64,000 bases of DNA from Octopus vulgaris (lineage: Eukaryota): the NCBI GenBank assembly GCA_951406725.2, contig OX597830.1, positions 49,476,001 through 49,540,000 of the forward strand. The letters are read 5' to 3'. The stretch's first letter is position 1, and each line of letters starts with the position of its first letter. The notes under the pieces were generated by a model. That model did no database searches. It was not told the origin of the DNA and saw only the letters and a list, made by a program, of their open reading frames with translations. The position numbers were made by a program, and so were the translations under genes. Below are positions 12,432-25,461 of the stretch, one piece after another.

Positions 12432-12752
12432 GTGGATGTGCAATGGTCCAGTGGTTAGGGCAGCGGACTCGCGGTCAGAGTATCGCGGTTTCGCTTCCCA
12501 GACCGGGCGTTGTGTGTGTTTATTGAGCGAAAACACCTAAAAGCTCCACGAGGCTCCGGCACGGGGTGGTGGCGACCTCTGTTGTACTCTTTCGCCCCAA
12601 CTTTCTCTCACACTTTCATCCTATTTCTTGAGTAACGCTGCGATGGACTGGCGTCCCGTCCAGCTGGGGGGAACACATACGCCATAAAAACCGGGAAACC
12701 GGGCCCATGAACCTGGCTAGGCTTGAAATGGGCGTATAAATAAAAAAATATT
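12432..12752 (+). mobile_element. tRNA-derived SINE family C, full length with TSD
   Basis: A-box-like tggtccagtggttagggc, B-box-like ggtttcgcttccc, A-rich tail, and TSD taaagtactt (12422-12431 / 12753-12762). Confidence 0.9.
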
Positions 12753-12949
12753 TAAAGTACTTAGTTAACATATGAACAGCTCTTCACGAAGGGTAAAATC
12801 TCTGTCGAACTATTCATGTTGATGCTGTTTAATATAAAAGGATTTCGAGCCGTGGCCATTCCATCTTCCAAAAGTTTTAATTCACTATAATATCGAATAT
12901 ACTCTTGTCTAGTACTGAGAAACTCTCGATATTTTAGTTGTTAGTGAAT

Positions 12950-13240
12950 GGCCCTATTCTTCCAAAGAAATTGAGGTATGTATCAGGAAATAGTTAAGAA
13001 AAATGAAGAAATTGGAGAAAACTAAAGGGACGAGTGTTTTGTGGTAATTGGTGGACTTGGCGCATGCAATCTTAGCGGTTGAAGGATATTGGAATTGAGA
13101 CATGTATTGCCGACCCACAGAGAAGTTCCACCCAGTATTTTGCAAGAAAACCCTAAGAAAGATTTCCGGAATTTGAGAAGGCGTTTTGTCACCGAACCTC
13201 AAAAGAACATCTCTGCTAATTAATAAACATGTAACAGAGT
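12950..13240 (+). mobile_element. 3' end of an RLE-clade (Dong/R4-like) non-LTR retrotransposon abutting (TAA)n
   Basis: Encodes VVIGGLGA...LKDIGIETCIADPQRS...RK.LRK, the typical RLE C-terminal PVVIGALG..LQK..L.K motif. It is followed by aataaa and a long (AAT)n. Confidence 0.65.
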
Positions 13241-13254
13241 GAATAATAACAATG

Positions 13255-13328
<74 letters not shown>

Positions 13329-13424
13329 GATTACAAGAACAACAACAACAATAACAACAACAATAATAATAACGATAATAATAATGGTTTCAAAATGTGT
13401 CACAAAGGGCAGAATTTTGGACAA

Positions 13425-13489
<65 letters not shown>

Positions 13490-13512
13490 CAACAACAACA
13501 ACAATAATAATG
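13241..13512. repeat. (AAT)n/(AAC)n microsatellite
   Basis: Directly visible; interrupted by a short SINE A tail fragment. Confidence 0.95.
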
Positions 13513-13875
13513 ATCCTTTCTGCTAAAGACACAAGGTTTGAAATTCTTGGGGAGGGGACTAGTCGATTACACCGACCCCAGTGCATAACTGGTACTTAAT
13601 TTATCGACTCCGAAAGAAGGAAAGGCAAAGTCAACCACGCCGGAATTTGAACTCAGAACGTAGCGATGGCGAAATACCTATTTCTTTACTACCCGCAAGG
13701 GGCTAAACACGGAGGGGACAAACAAGGACAGACAAACGGATTAAGCCGATTACATCGACCCCAGTGCGTAACTGGTAGTTAATTTATCGACTCCGAAAGA
13801 TGAAAGGCTAAGTCGACCTCGGCAGAATTTGAACTCAGAACATTTCGTCTAGCGCGCTAACAATTCTGCCAGCTT
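13513..13875 (-). mobile_element. SINE family A with duplicated core
   Basis: Two reverse-strand copies of the gaatttgaactcagaac...atcgac core separated by the ggacagacaaacggattaag linker. Confidence 0.85.
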
Positions 13876-14324
13876 AATAATGATGATAATAGTGATAATA
13901 GAGCGCTCGCTTTCTCAATGAACATTTCCACCAAACTAAAGACGTACGTGAGAAATTATCTGTTCTGACATGGTATCGTTGTTGCTGTTGTTGGTGCTGT
14001 GGTTGTGACGTCATCGTTAATATCAGCGAGTTAATTAGTTAGTGACAATTGTACGCGTTCGTTACTGTTGGTTAGGCAATCAAACCGAACAAGATCCGAT
14101 AATGATTACAGAAAAAACGAAAAAAACAAAAAAAATTGGAAAGTTTTAAAATGGTCTCCAAGTAAAATTTGGATAAATTCTACAAGAGAACAGCAAAAAC
14201 AGAGAAAGTATTGTTGCTGGTGTATAGAAGTAATTTCTGAAGATGGCAGTTGTGTAAATTGAACATATTTAAAAATATGGTTTTGGTCGTTAGATTCCAT
14301 ATCTTTTTCGAATAAAGGATCTTG

Positions 14325-14527
14325 GAGAAAGATGGAGAGACGGAGAGAGAGAGGGAAGGAGAGAAGCAGCAAGAGAGAAGTAGAGAGAGAGAGAGAGGAG
14401 AGAGAGGGAGAGAAGCAGACAGACAGAAAAAGAGGGAGAGAGCGAGAGGAAGAATTTGAGAGAAAGGCAGAGAAGGAGTGGAAGTTGAGAGTAGGTGAAA
14501 GTGAGGGAGAGGTATAGAGAGGGGGGG

Positions 14528-14575
<48 letters not shown>

Positions 14576-14665
14576 GGAGAAAGAAAGGGAGTATAGGGAG
14601 AGAGAGGAACGGGTAGGGTAGAGATAGTGAGATAGGAGGGCGAGGGATAGGAAGGTGAGAGATAG
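14325..14665. repeat. Purine-rich (GA)n low-complexity tract
   Basis: Directly visible. Confidence 0.85.
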
Positions 14666-14699
14666 AATTAATTATTCTGGTATAAATTAGATGCAATAT

Positions 14700-14900
14700 C
14701 CTTTTCTATTCTAGGCACAAGACCCGAAATTTGGCGAGGAGGGGCCAGTCAATTAGAGCGACCCTTGTACGCAACTGATACTTAATTTATCGACCTCGAA
14801 AGGATGAAAGGAATTTGTAATTAGAACGTAAGGACGGGCGGACGGAGGGACGGACAGACAAACGAAATACTGCTACGCGTGTAAATGATTCTGCCAACTC
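14700..14900 (-). mobile_element. SINE family A
   Basis: tttctattctaggcacaagacccgaaatt...tttatcgacctcgaaaggatgaaagg, the reverse complement of family A. Confidence 0.8.
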
Positions 14901-14937
14901 GATGGGAAAATATATTGTAATGCATAGTAATGCTTAA

Positions 14938-15563
14938 AGGTGGTAAGTTGGTAAAATTGTTACCGCGCTAAGCAAAATGTTTAGCGGTATTTCGTCTGCC
15001 GTTACGTTCTGAGTTAAAATTCCGCCGAGGTAGACTTTGCCTTTCATCCTTTCGGGGTCGATAAATTAAGTACCAGTTACGCACTGGAGTCGAAGTAATC
15101 GACTTAATACCTATGTCTGTCCTTGTTTGTCCCCTCTGTGTTTAGCCCCTTGTGGGTAATAAAGAAATAGGTATTTCGTCTGCCGTTACGTTCTGAGTTC
15201 AAATTCCACCGAGGTAGACGTTGCCTTTCATCCTTTCGGGGTCGATAAATTAAGTACCAGTTACGCACTGGGGTCGATAAAATCGATTTAATTCGTTTGT
15301 TTGTCCTTGTTTGTCCTTTCTGTGTTTAGCTCCTTGTGTGTAGTAAAGAAATAGGTATTTCTTCTGTCCTTACGCCCTGAGTTGAAATTACGCCAAGGTC
15401 GACTTTGCCTGTCATCCTTTCGCCGTCAATGTACCAGTCAAATACCAATCAAATACCAGTCAAATACCAATCAACTACCAATCAAATACTGGAGTCGATA
15501 TAATCGATTGTACCCCCTCTCCCAAAGTTTTCAGGTCATGTGCCTATAGTAGAAAGAATTATT
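14938..15563 (+). mobile_element. SINE family A with three tandem core units
   Basis: ggtatttc.tctg.c.ttacg..ctgagtt recurs at ~14986, 15171 and 15354 (period ~185 bp), with one head and one tail (gtgcctatagtagaaagaattatt). Confidence 0.9.
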
Positions 15564-16388
15564 AGTATCTACACAACAGCGATGCCTTAAATTGTGAAAA
15601 CGACTTATAGCCTATGGTATTTAGTTATATCTTTTTGCATCCCGAGTTCACGTTCAGCCAAACTCAACTTCGTTTTTCACTAAATCCTAGGGCATTAGGT
15701 AGTGGTGGGGAGGCCACCCACTCCTTTGTCATGTTCTCTATGTTACAATCTAGCAAATAAAAATTCTTTGAGGTTGTTAGAAACATACTGGAGTATGTGT
15801 CTTCACAGCAGGCATAGCCAAAATTCTTAATACAAGCAGGCCGCATCAAGCGGGCTGTACTGTTAAAGATACAAACGGTAATTTTTCTTGAGGCGTGTTA
15901 TTCAGAAAAGACGCAGTTTGCTGAAGTCTGCTCTACAAGTTCCCTCCACAGGCTAGAAATGGCTAGAAATAGCAGCCAGTTCTTCAACTCATACTCTAAC
16001 AATGTCTTAAATAACGCAAGCTACCTCAGATAATGTAGTATTATGTACATATACACTTTTTAAGACGGAATGGTCATAGTTGGAACGCATTCGATTCGAT
16101 GTAATCGATCTGAACTAATGTGGACTTTATTCAAAGCATCCTATTAAGAGATTCTGCGCCAGAAAATATATTTAGTGAAAAAGAACTTTGGTAATATATG
16201 CTGGCATTTGGAACTAAATTGTCTCGTAGACATGTCAACAGAGTTATATGAAAACATCTAATATTGGTGACGGCACTAAATTTACCTTGCAACGGAAGCC
16301 AGTAGTTGTAGCAATACATAAATTGCATTCTGTTTAATAGGTTCACATTCTTTTTTATCTCTTCTCATCCATCTTTCGTTTCTCCAAG

Positions 16389-16433
16389 TTTGGCTAGCAA
16401 CGGCGGTGAATTTACTGTATATGATACAACAAC
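16389..16433 (+). other. Possible 45-nt internal exon of an unidentified gene
   Basis: Long polypyrimidine tract ending ...tttcgtttctccaag, then 45 nt (a multiple of 3; two frames open: LASNGGEFTVYDTT or WLATAVNLLYMIQQ), then gtaagc. No homology recognised. Confidence 0.2.
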
Positions 16434-16914
16434 GTAAGCTTTAGTGGAATGGCCATAGTAAACAAAAGATTTAGAACGTGAACGGATAAAAACATGATGC
16501 AAAGAGACAGAATAGGTGGAAATCAATGAAAATATGAAGAAATAAATAAAAATTAGGAGAGAAACCAACCATAGTGAAGGGCTTCGTTATATAATATTTT
16601 AGTTTTTATTTCCTCCAGTTTCTTTTGATTCTGTCAGTCATGAGAATGGAGAGAAAAAGGACGAGTTATTTACTAGATGCAACCATTTTTATAACTTTGA
16701 CCGAAATATTTATAGCAGTTCCTATTAATATAAACACATTATTCATATTACACAGAGATTCGTGGGGGAGGGCTTTTATGACCAAATGCGGTTTTAGTGT
16801 GTGTGTGTCTGCAGGCACCAAAACACATACACACACACACACAAATGCACACACAAACACAAACAGACACAAACAAACGCGCACACACAATCACATGCAT
16901 ACACGCACAGGTAT

Positions 16915-17290
16915 ATTTTTACTTGCTCCAATCGCTGGACTGCGATCAGGTGGGGGCACCGCCATTGAATGGCGAACAAAACAACTCCTAAATCGTCTGA
17001 TAGTATAAGTCTGGTACTTATTCTATCGGAAATTGTGACGAACCGGTAGGATGCGGGACGTAAACAAACTAACACCCAACATCGGTTGTCGAGTAGTGAA
17101 AGGAGAGGGCACACACAAAGACATATATATATATGAGAGATTTCTGCATAGTTTCAGTCTACCAAATTCACTTCGAAAGCATTGGTCGGTTCGGGACTGT
17201 ATTGGATAACACTGGCCGAAGGTGCAGTAGCAATGAACCCAAAACCTTACGTTCATAAAACTAGCCTCTTCACATCATAGGCTCACCTGC
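16915..17290 (-). mobile_element. SINE family B, degenerate
   Basis: gtacttattctatcgg...gggacgtaaaca.ac.aacacc..catcggttgtc...gtttc.gtctaccaaattcac. Confidence 0.7.
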
Positions 17291-17344
17291 TCCTACCTGT
17301 GCATGTTTATGCGCGTACAGCATATATATATGTTATATAGATAA

Positions 17345-17402
<58 letters not shown>

Positions 17403-17527
17403 AGCAACGAGTATATCAGCCTCTGGATATCCTTGTTGCTTAGTTTGATTTTTATGACCTTATTTTGAAATTGTATAGACCTCGACTTAAGTACCATATT
17501 AATCTGAACCTAAATTCTTGCTGAACT

Positions 17528-17528
17528 C

Positions 17529-17616
<88 letters not shown>

Positions 17617-17629
17617 GTCTATCTATCTG

Positions 17630-17675
<46 letters not shown>

Positions 17676-17700
17676 AATCTATCTATCTATACATATATAT
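17528..17700. repeat. (ATCT)n microsatellite
   Basis: Directly visible. Similar tracts occur at 19837-20165, 52492-52985 and 57458-57700. Confidence 0.95.
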
Positions 17701-17894
17701 ATATGTATATTTTTGAGTAGTTGAATGAATTATCTTATTAAGGATAATTCGAAGTAACCGATACCTGGGTAGCAAATTCACATCAGAAAAAACACGGTTG
17801 AAGTTACGTGCCTAGGGCATAGATTACGTGCTTTCGTGTGGAAATTTGTATGTTTATTTTAAAAATATGTATGTATATATATATAAATAAATAA

Positions 17895-17944
<50 letters not shown>

Positions 17945-18224
17945 CATATATATATACACATATATAAGGTATAATACATACATGCACACACACACACACA
18001 CACACACACAATCACACGCACATACGCAACGGCGTATGCATAACTGCGCAGTTTGTAGGTTTGTTTATGACAATTCCTTCACAGGAAAGTCAATGTTACG
18101 CGCTTAAATTCATAAATTTATCCTGATAATAAACAAATGCCATGAATATAAACTCTAATCTACAGAACGGCTTAAACAAGCTGCAGTCTAATTTGATTTA
18201 CAAACACCTTATGAAACGCTGCTA

Positions 18225-18266
<42 letters not shown>

Positions 18267-18477
18267 TGATGAAATAAAGGCTTAGTTAAGAGTTAATTGA
18301 CTTCGAGGAAGACTTTGTAAGATAGCTGTGTAATTTACCTGCCGTATTGTTAGGAAACATGAACGTGAAGATATCAGTTCTAAAGTGAAAAATCGATCAA
18401 TGACCGTGCGTTAATAAATGTTTATTGGCGGAGGTCACTCATCTTTAATTAATATGATTGTATAGGATATATTCCTC

Positions 18478-18671
18478 TTATGCTTGGTCCGGTTATTGAC
18501 CTGTGACCATGCTGGGGCGATATATTGAAGGATTCAGCCGAACAAATCGACCCAGGACTTATTTGTAACGCCTGTTACTTATACTATGGTTTCTTTTTGT
18601 CGACGCGCTAGTTCACGAGTCTGTATACAATCCAGCAATCCGGTTATCAAACAGCTGTGATGGAAATATGT

Positions 18672-18722
<51 letters not shown>

Positions 18723-18910
18723 TGTGTGTGAATGAGCGTGCGTGCGGGCGTGGGTGCTTCTATTTGTGTGTGTGTGTGTGCATACGTTGGGCTTCTGTCA
18801 GTTTTCGTCTACCAAATCTATTCACAAGGTTTAGATTGGCCCGGAGCTCTACTTGAAGACGATTGTCCAAGTTGCCACGCATTTGGACACAACCTGAAAC
18901 CGTGAGGCTG
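18478..18910 (-). mobile_element. SINE family B, degenerate
   Basis: gaccatgctgggg...atcgacccaggactta...cgtctaccaaatctattcacaagg...gttgccacgca. Confidence 0.7.
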
Positions 18911-18988
18911 TGTGTATGAATGTATTCGTACATTCATATATATATGTATGTGTGCGCGCGCGTGTGTGTATAAAAATACATATTTGTG

Positions 18989-19055
<67 letters not shown>

Positions 19056-19059
19056 ATAT

Positions 19060-19451
19060 GAGTGGTTGTGTGGTAAGTAACTTGCTTCCCAACCATATGG
19101 TTGCGTGTTCATTCCCACTGCGTGGCACCATGGGCAAGTGTCTTCTACTATAGCCTCGGGCCGACCAAAGTCTTGTGAGTGGATTTGGTTGACGGAAACT
19201 GAAAGAAGCCCGTCGTATATATGTATGTGTGTGTATATGTTTGTGTGTCTCTGTATTTGTTCTCCTAACATCGCTTGACGACCGATGGTGGTGTGTTTAC
19301 GTTCACGTAACCTAGCGGTTCGGCAAAAGAGGCCGATAGAATAAGTACTAGGCGTACAAAGAATAAGTCCTGGGGTCGATTTGCTCGACTAAAGGCGGAG
19401 CTTCAGCATGGCCGCAGTCAACTGACTGAAACAAGTAAAAGAGTAAAAGAG
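19060..19451 (+). mobile_element. SINE family B, full length
   Basis: Colinear with 8158-8598, including the gtaaaaga tail. Confidence 0.9.
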
Positions 19452-19836
19452 TATATGTATATGTGTAAAATTCTTACCACTCAGCCATATTCCCTAAACA
19501 CAACTCTACTCCAAAGATTAGAACATAGACATGCGCAAGATTGGTACGGTTCAAAGATAATTGAAGCTTTTTAATCCCTGTTACTGGTAGAAATAAGTAT
19601 ATTTTGGGGGCGGAGAGAGATCACTAGAGTGTGTCCATTCATGCACTTGAGTTACCAAGCTCCAAAGGATGATAAAGTTATCCTCTGTGCAATTGGAAAT
19701 CACCAGCGTGGTACGGTGCGTGAATGTGATACGCTTCAAAAGAATACTCCAGAAATATTCAGGTCAAATTCATTTGAAATGTCGAATGGATTGAATATCG
19801 CTCGTTTCTTAGATTTTTTGTGTTTGTTCTTATGCA

Positions 19837-19875
<39 letters not shown>

Positions 19876-19876
19876 A

Positions 19877-19935
<59 letters not shown>

Positions 19936-19955
19936 TTATCTATCTATTTATCCAA

Positions 19956-19998
<43 letters not shown>

Positions 19999-20000
19999 CC

Positions 20001-20036
<36 letters not shown>

Positions 20037-20061
20037 TACCTAACTATCTATCTATCTATCC

Positions 20062-20149
<88 letters not shown>

Positions 20150-20459
20150 ATCTATCTTTCTATCTGTATGTCTGTCAAGATTCTGGTAACAGACTTGTAG
20201 TCAGTTATGTAAATCTCGGGCATAGTTGTTGCCTATCTGATGTCATTTAAGAGTGGAAACACTTTTGTTACTGAATATACATCAGGAATTCTATTTGGCT
20301 GCGTAGAATTTACATTCCTATATATATTTTGTATCATTTATCTATCTATCTATCATATACATCTGTATATTACCACACACATACACACACACACACGTAT
20401 ATATACATACTTATACACACGCGCACACACATGCGGATACATTCATACACACATATATA

Positions 20460-20506
<47 letters not shown>

Positions 20507-20661
20507 GCACATATATGTACACACATTTTATGTATATTGTACATGTTAATGTATAAAATTATGCACACACACACTCATACATACATGGACATGTACAAAT
20601 ATACATACGTATATATATGCATACATACATACATACTGTATATGTGTATATATAATATATG

Positions 20662-20708
<47 letters not shown>

Positions 20709-21115
20709 ATATATGTGTATACACGCACATTTTACATGCAAACACACGTATGAAAATATATTCGGAATATACTGAAGTGCCAGTAAACGAAAAGAATTTA
20801 TTTTGACAAGTTCCGCCCAAGGATTGCCAAAGAAAAGAAGGAAAAGACAGTTCGAAATAAACAAGAAGTTTTGACAAATTCGTCAATAGTGATTAAATAT
20901 TTAGGAGCTGAGGTGCCGTATATTCGCCATTTTGTCACCAGGGAAATACACTTTCGATAGAACTGGCTGTAAAGGTTTCGTTACTAGTAATCAACTACAT
21001 GTGGTGGACAAAACGGAAAGTCCCCAGAGTCAGGAATAGCTTTAAAAATTAAAACGTGTTTTAATACATTGGTTTTGTGATATTAAGTGGCAGCTCTGGT
21101 GAAAGAAACAGTGCC

Positions 21116-21155
<40 letters not shown>

Positions 21156-21409
21156 TTGGGGCGGGGACGGGGAAGAAGAGAAAATGAAGAGGAGAGGGTC
21201 AGGGCTGAAATAATCTTTGGTGATTCTGTTGAAAACAATAGAAATGCTTGTAGCGTTAGTAAAAGTTGCAATTTATTTGCTTAAATTTACATAAGCATAC
21301 GTTTGCACGCGCACATCGAGACAAAAGCATGCGCATCTAGTCACACACTCTCTCACTCCCTTTCTCTCTCTCCATTCCTCCCCCTCACCCTCGGGCTCTC
21401 TCTCACTCG

Positions 21410-21444
<35 letters not shown>

Positions 21445-21447
<3 letters not shown>

Positions 21448-21642
21448 GCTACACATAGAGGGGACAAACAAGGACAGACAAACGAATTTAGTCGATTACA
21501 TCGATCCCAGGTACTTAATTCATCGACTCCGAGAGGATGAAAGGCAAAGTCGACCTCGGAGGAATTTGAACTCAGAACGTAACGGCAGACGAAATACGGC
21601 TACGCATTTCGCCCGGCGTGCTAACGGTTCTGCCAGCTCACC

Positions 21643-21646
<4 letters not shown>
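21445..21646 (-). mobile_element. SINE family A, tail-less copy flanked by (TA)n
   Basis: Reverse complement of 27542-27760. Confidence 0.88.
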
Positions 21647-21681
<35 letters not shown>

Positions 21682-21683
21682 GC

Positions 21684-21719
<36 letters not shown>

Positions 21720-23101
21720 GCATATGTCTATATATACATATATGCGTGCGTGTGAACATATATGTGTGTATATGTATGTTGTATATATGTGTGTGCGTGT
21801 GCGTATGTGTCAGTATGTCCTCATATTTCTCCCCTGCCACCGCTTGAGGAAGAAACTTATAGAAACACCAGTGTAGTGTCACAAACTGAATGGCACTAGC
21901 TTAGGTAATGTGTTCTTCGATACATATAAATCTCTGAATAGTTGACAAAGCTTCTGACCAAAATTACGCTTCGCTAACTTAAAGAAATGAAAGTACGTGG
22001 TCCCACGTTTTGTGCAATGAACTCACAATTGTTAGGTCGTTGGCTCGATTCTCGAAAAGAGAAGCGCATTGTGTCTTTGTGCAAGGATCTTCGCTTTACG
22101 ATATCCAGCACTCCACTGAAAATGAGTGCCAGTAGTTCCGGGAAGTGTAACCTAAAATGGAGTGGCGACCCGTTTAAAAGTAAAAGGTACCTTGCTTTTT
22201 TTTCATCCTAAATGACTTGGAAATCCGGTTTGTACTAGAGTCTATCGCAAAGAAAGCTATGTCCCACTAAATAAGTCCCCCTCGATATATTTCGATACCT
22301 TAATAAAAGAAGGGTTGGTCACAGTTGGCATGCCTTTGATAACAGATATTATTGAAGCAGCTGAACTGGGATTGAATAACGACAATAACAGCTGGTATTT
22401 CTTCACAAAGAGGCAGGGGTGAAAGTCAAAGCGATTCGAACTCAGAAATAGAAAGACCACTTATTACAGCACGTAATTTAGCATGATTTTTCACCGATTT
22501 GTCACTCGAAGCCCTAAAAGAGTATTATTAGTATTAATAATATCAGTAATAATATTGATTTTGGTTTATATTGGACGAGTCAAAGGAGCTGCAATTCTTA
22601 TTAATATGATCGTTACCCATTGTTAAAACCTAATCTTCATGTGATTTTAGATGAGTTTCTCTCTGTTTCACAAACATTAATCTGTTCAAAATTAAACAAA
22701 ACTTACGAAGAAAGATTATGAAATAAAAAAGAAAAGAAATAAAATTCAAAAACAGAAATCTTTACACTTTCATCAAAAGAATGTTTTTAGATTAAATATA
22801 AGGGAAAATTTTAACATTTCACTATTGATTTCGATATAATTTTCCACTTTCTATTCATCAATTCTAATTCTCGGAAATAATAGCAATCATTATCAGGATT
22901 TTTCCAGAAGAAGTCTTGTTGGATCCAATAAATACTTCAAGTTACAAACAGCAGTCTAGATGCAAGTTTGCTTTTTAATTTAAATATATCGATCGACCGT
23001 TATTATTTTCAATATCGATCTTTAACAACTGGGTGTAACAAATTTATTATAGTTTACATCAATATATTTATCTAATTTTATTTCTGAAATTAATTTTCAC
23101 C

Positions 23102-23158
<57 letters not shown>

Positions 23159-23469
23159 TATGTATATATGTGTGTGTGAGTGAGTGTGTGTGTGCATGTA
23201 ATGGAATTTCCTAAGTTTGCAAAATGTTTAATTTAATATAATTCTTTTATATGCATGTATAATTAGAATCATATATATTTATTTTACAAACCAAACATTC
23301 AAGTATGGATTAACATTTTCTATGTACCGCCTCCTCTTCTAGTGTTTGAAGCCTTACTCCATATATGTATGAATATAAATGCATATACACACACACACAC
23401 GCACATATATATATATACATACACACACATACATATATATATATATATATGTATATACACGCAGATATT

Positions 23470-23506
<37 letters not shown>

Positions 23507-23555
23507 CTTTATGTATATTTGTATATAAACATGTATCTATCTATCTATCTATCTA

Positions 23556-23605
<50 letters not shown>

Positions 23606-24583
23606 TGTATGTACATATATTTATATATGTAAACTTGTGTATATATATATACACACATACACATATACATGTATATTTGTATGCACCCATGAATATATAT
23701 GTATGTTTATATACATAACATGCATCTCTCTCACTTCCCCCTCTCTCTCTCTCCTACTCTCCCCTCTCTCCCCCTCTCTTTATCTATGTATTATGCACAT
23801 AGAGAAAGAAGCAGAGAGGCAAAGAGTGACGAAGTGAGGTTTAGACAAAGATAGAAATATATCAATATGTAAAAATGGAGGCAGTTCAAAGACTAAAGTG
23901 ACTGTGAGTAAAACTAGGTTAATGAGAAATACAGTTTATTACCTCTTTGTCAATCCATACATGCTTTCATCTCTGGCAATGAAGATACTCTTAGCCACGA
24001 AAATACAAACACACACACAGATCTAAATATTATCTACGACTTTTCTTTGTCTCTTTCAACGCGTTTCTATTGTTCAATTTCCAACTTAAATTTTTGCCTT
24101 TTTATAATAATTATGTTTAGAATGATGCAATTTTCAAAAAATTTAATCTCTTTACAAATGAATATATTTTGAGCTCTACCTCCAGCTTCTCTTTCACTAT
24201 CTCGTATATTTCTTCACCACAAATCGCAAGCGAGTACAGCCTCTTGGCATGTACCACGGATTTTCCATTTTCTTATTTTTTGCTTTGTTACCCACGTAGT
24301 TGCTAGCTGACATAGACACATCCTGCATCTTCCTACGCATGACCCCTCGGTACATCGAGAATATGAATGTTAGAGACAGAGAGAGGTTGGCGGGGGGAGT
24401 TCTCCATCAGTACTAGAGTGGTTCTTATTTTCGCTCGATGAGACTGCGGTAATGCCAAATGCTATGCTTTGTTTAAGGACACAGCGCATCCCTCTGTAAA
24501 TGATATCAAACTCGACACCTTATAATCATAAGACACCCTAACCAATTTATCACCAGCTTGTGACTTCAAAACCTTATACATAC

Positions 24584-24711
<128 letters not shown>

Positions 24712-24715
24712 ATAT

Positions 24716-24890
24716 GATCAAAATAAGCAACAAGGATATCCAAGGTAGTAGCACAATTGTTTCATCCTACTTCATTTTATTAAACACTGTAAGTATTACA
24801 TCAGTTTTAAAATGTAAAGCAATCTTCAGCCACATATAAAATTTTTTAATTAAAACGGACAATGGACATTCTTATACTTATTTTATTTGC
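24716..24890. repeat. Interspersed repeat end abutting (TA)n, possibly a PLE pLTR fragment
   Basis: atcaaaataagcaacaaggatatcca (24718-24743) is the near reverse complement of tggatatccttgttgcttagtttgat at 17424-17449. Both lie next to (TA)n/(GA)n tracts. Confidence 0.35.
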
Positions 24891-25020
24891 CAATATTACG
24901 AAGAGGGTAGATATATAAACAGGGAGGTTAATTTCATCATTAAGAACATGCTGGTGGTATGTTCTTCTCCGTCTGTAGATTTTTTCTCACTGTGAGAGAA
25001 AAAAAAAAATATATATATAT

Positions 25021-25187
25021 AGGCGCAGGAGTGGCTGTGTGGTAAGTAGCTTGCTAACCAACCACAGGGTTCCGGGTTCAGTCCCACTGCGTGGCATCTT
25101 GGGCAAGTGTCTTCTGCTATAGCCCCGGGACCGACCAATGCCTTGTGAGTGGATTTGGTAGACGGAAACTGAAAGAAGCCCATCGTA

Positions 25188-25230
<43 letters not shown>

Positions 25231-25424
25231 TTGTGTGTCTGTGTTTGTCCCCCTAGCATTGCTTGACAACCGATGCTGCTGTGTTTACGTCCCCGTTACT
25301 TAGCGGTTCGGCAAAAAGAGACCGATAGAATAAGTACTGGGTTTACAAAGAATAAGTCCCGGGGTCGAGTTGCTCGACTAAAGGCGGTGCTCCAGCATGG
25401 CCGCAGTCTAATGACTGAGACAAG

Positions 25425-25428
<4 letters not shown>
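25021..25428 (+). mobile_element. SINE family B, young full-length copy inserted in (TA)n
   Basis: Near-identical to 8158-8598, with (TA)n on both sides. Confidence 0.9.

Positions 25429-25461
<33 letters not shown>

Noticed and set aside
12432-12510. tRNA-like sequences (also at 27201, 58350, 8158 and others)
   Set aside because: They have A/B boxes but no complete cloverleaf, and continue into repeated bodies with tails and TSDs. They are SINE heads, not tRNA genes.
22027-22151. Possible minus-strand exon (ttttag...gtgagt) with one open frame
   Set aside because: Weak polypyrimidine tract, no homology and no partner exons identified.
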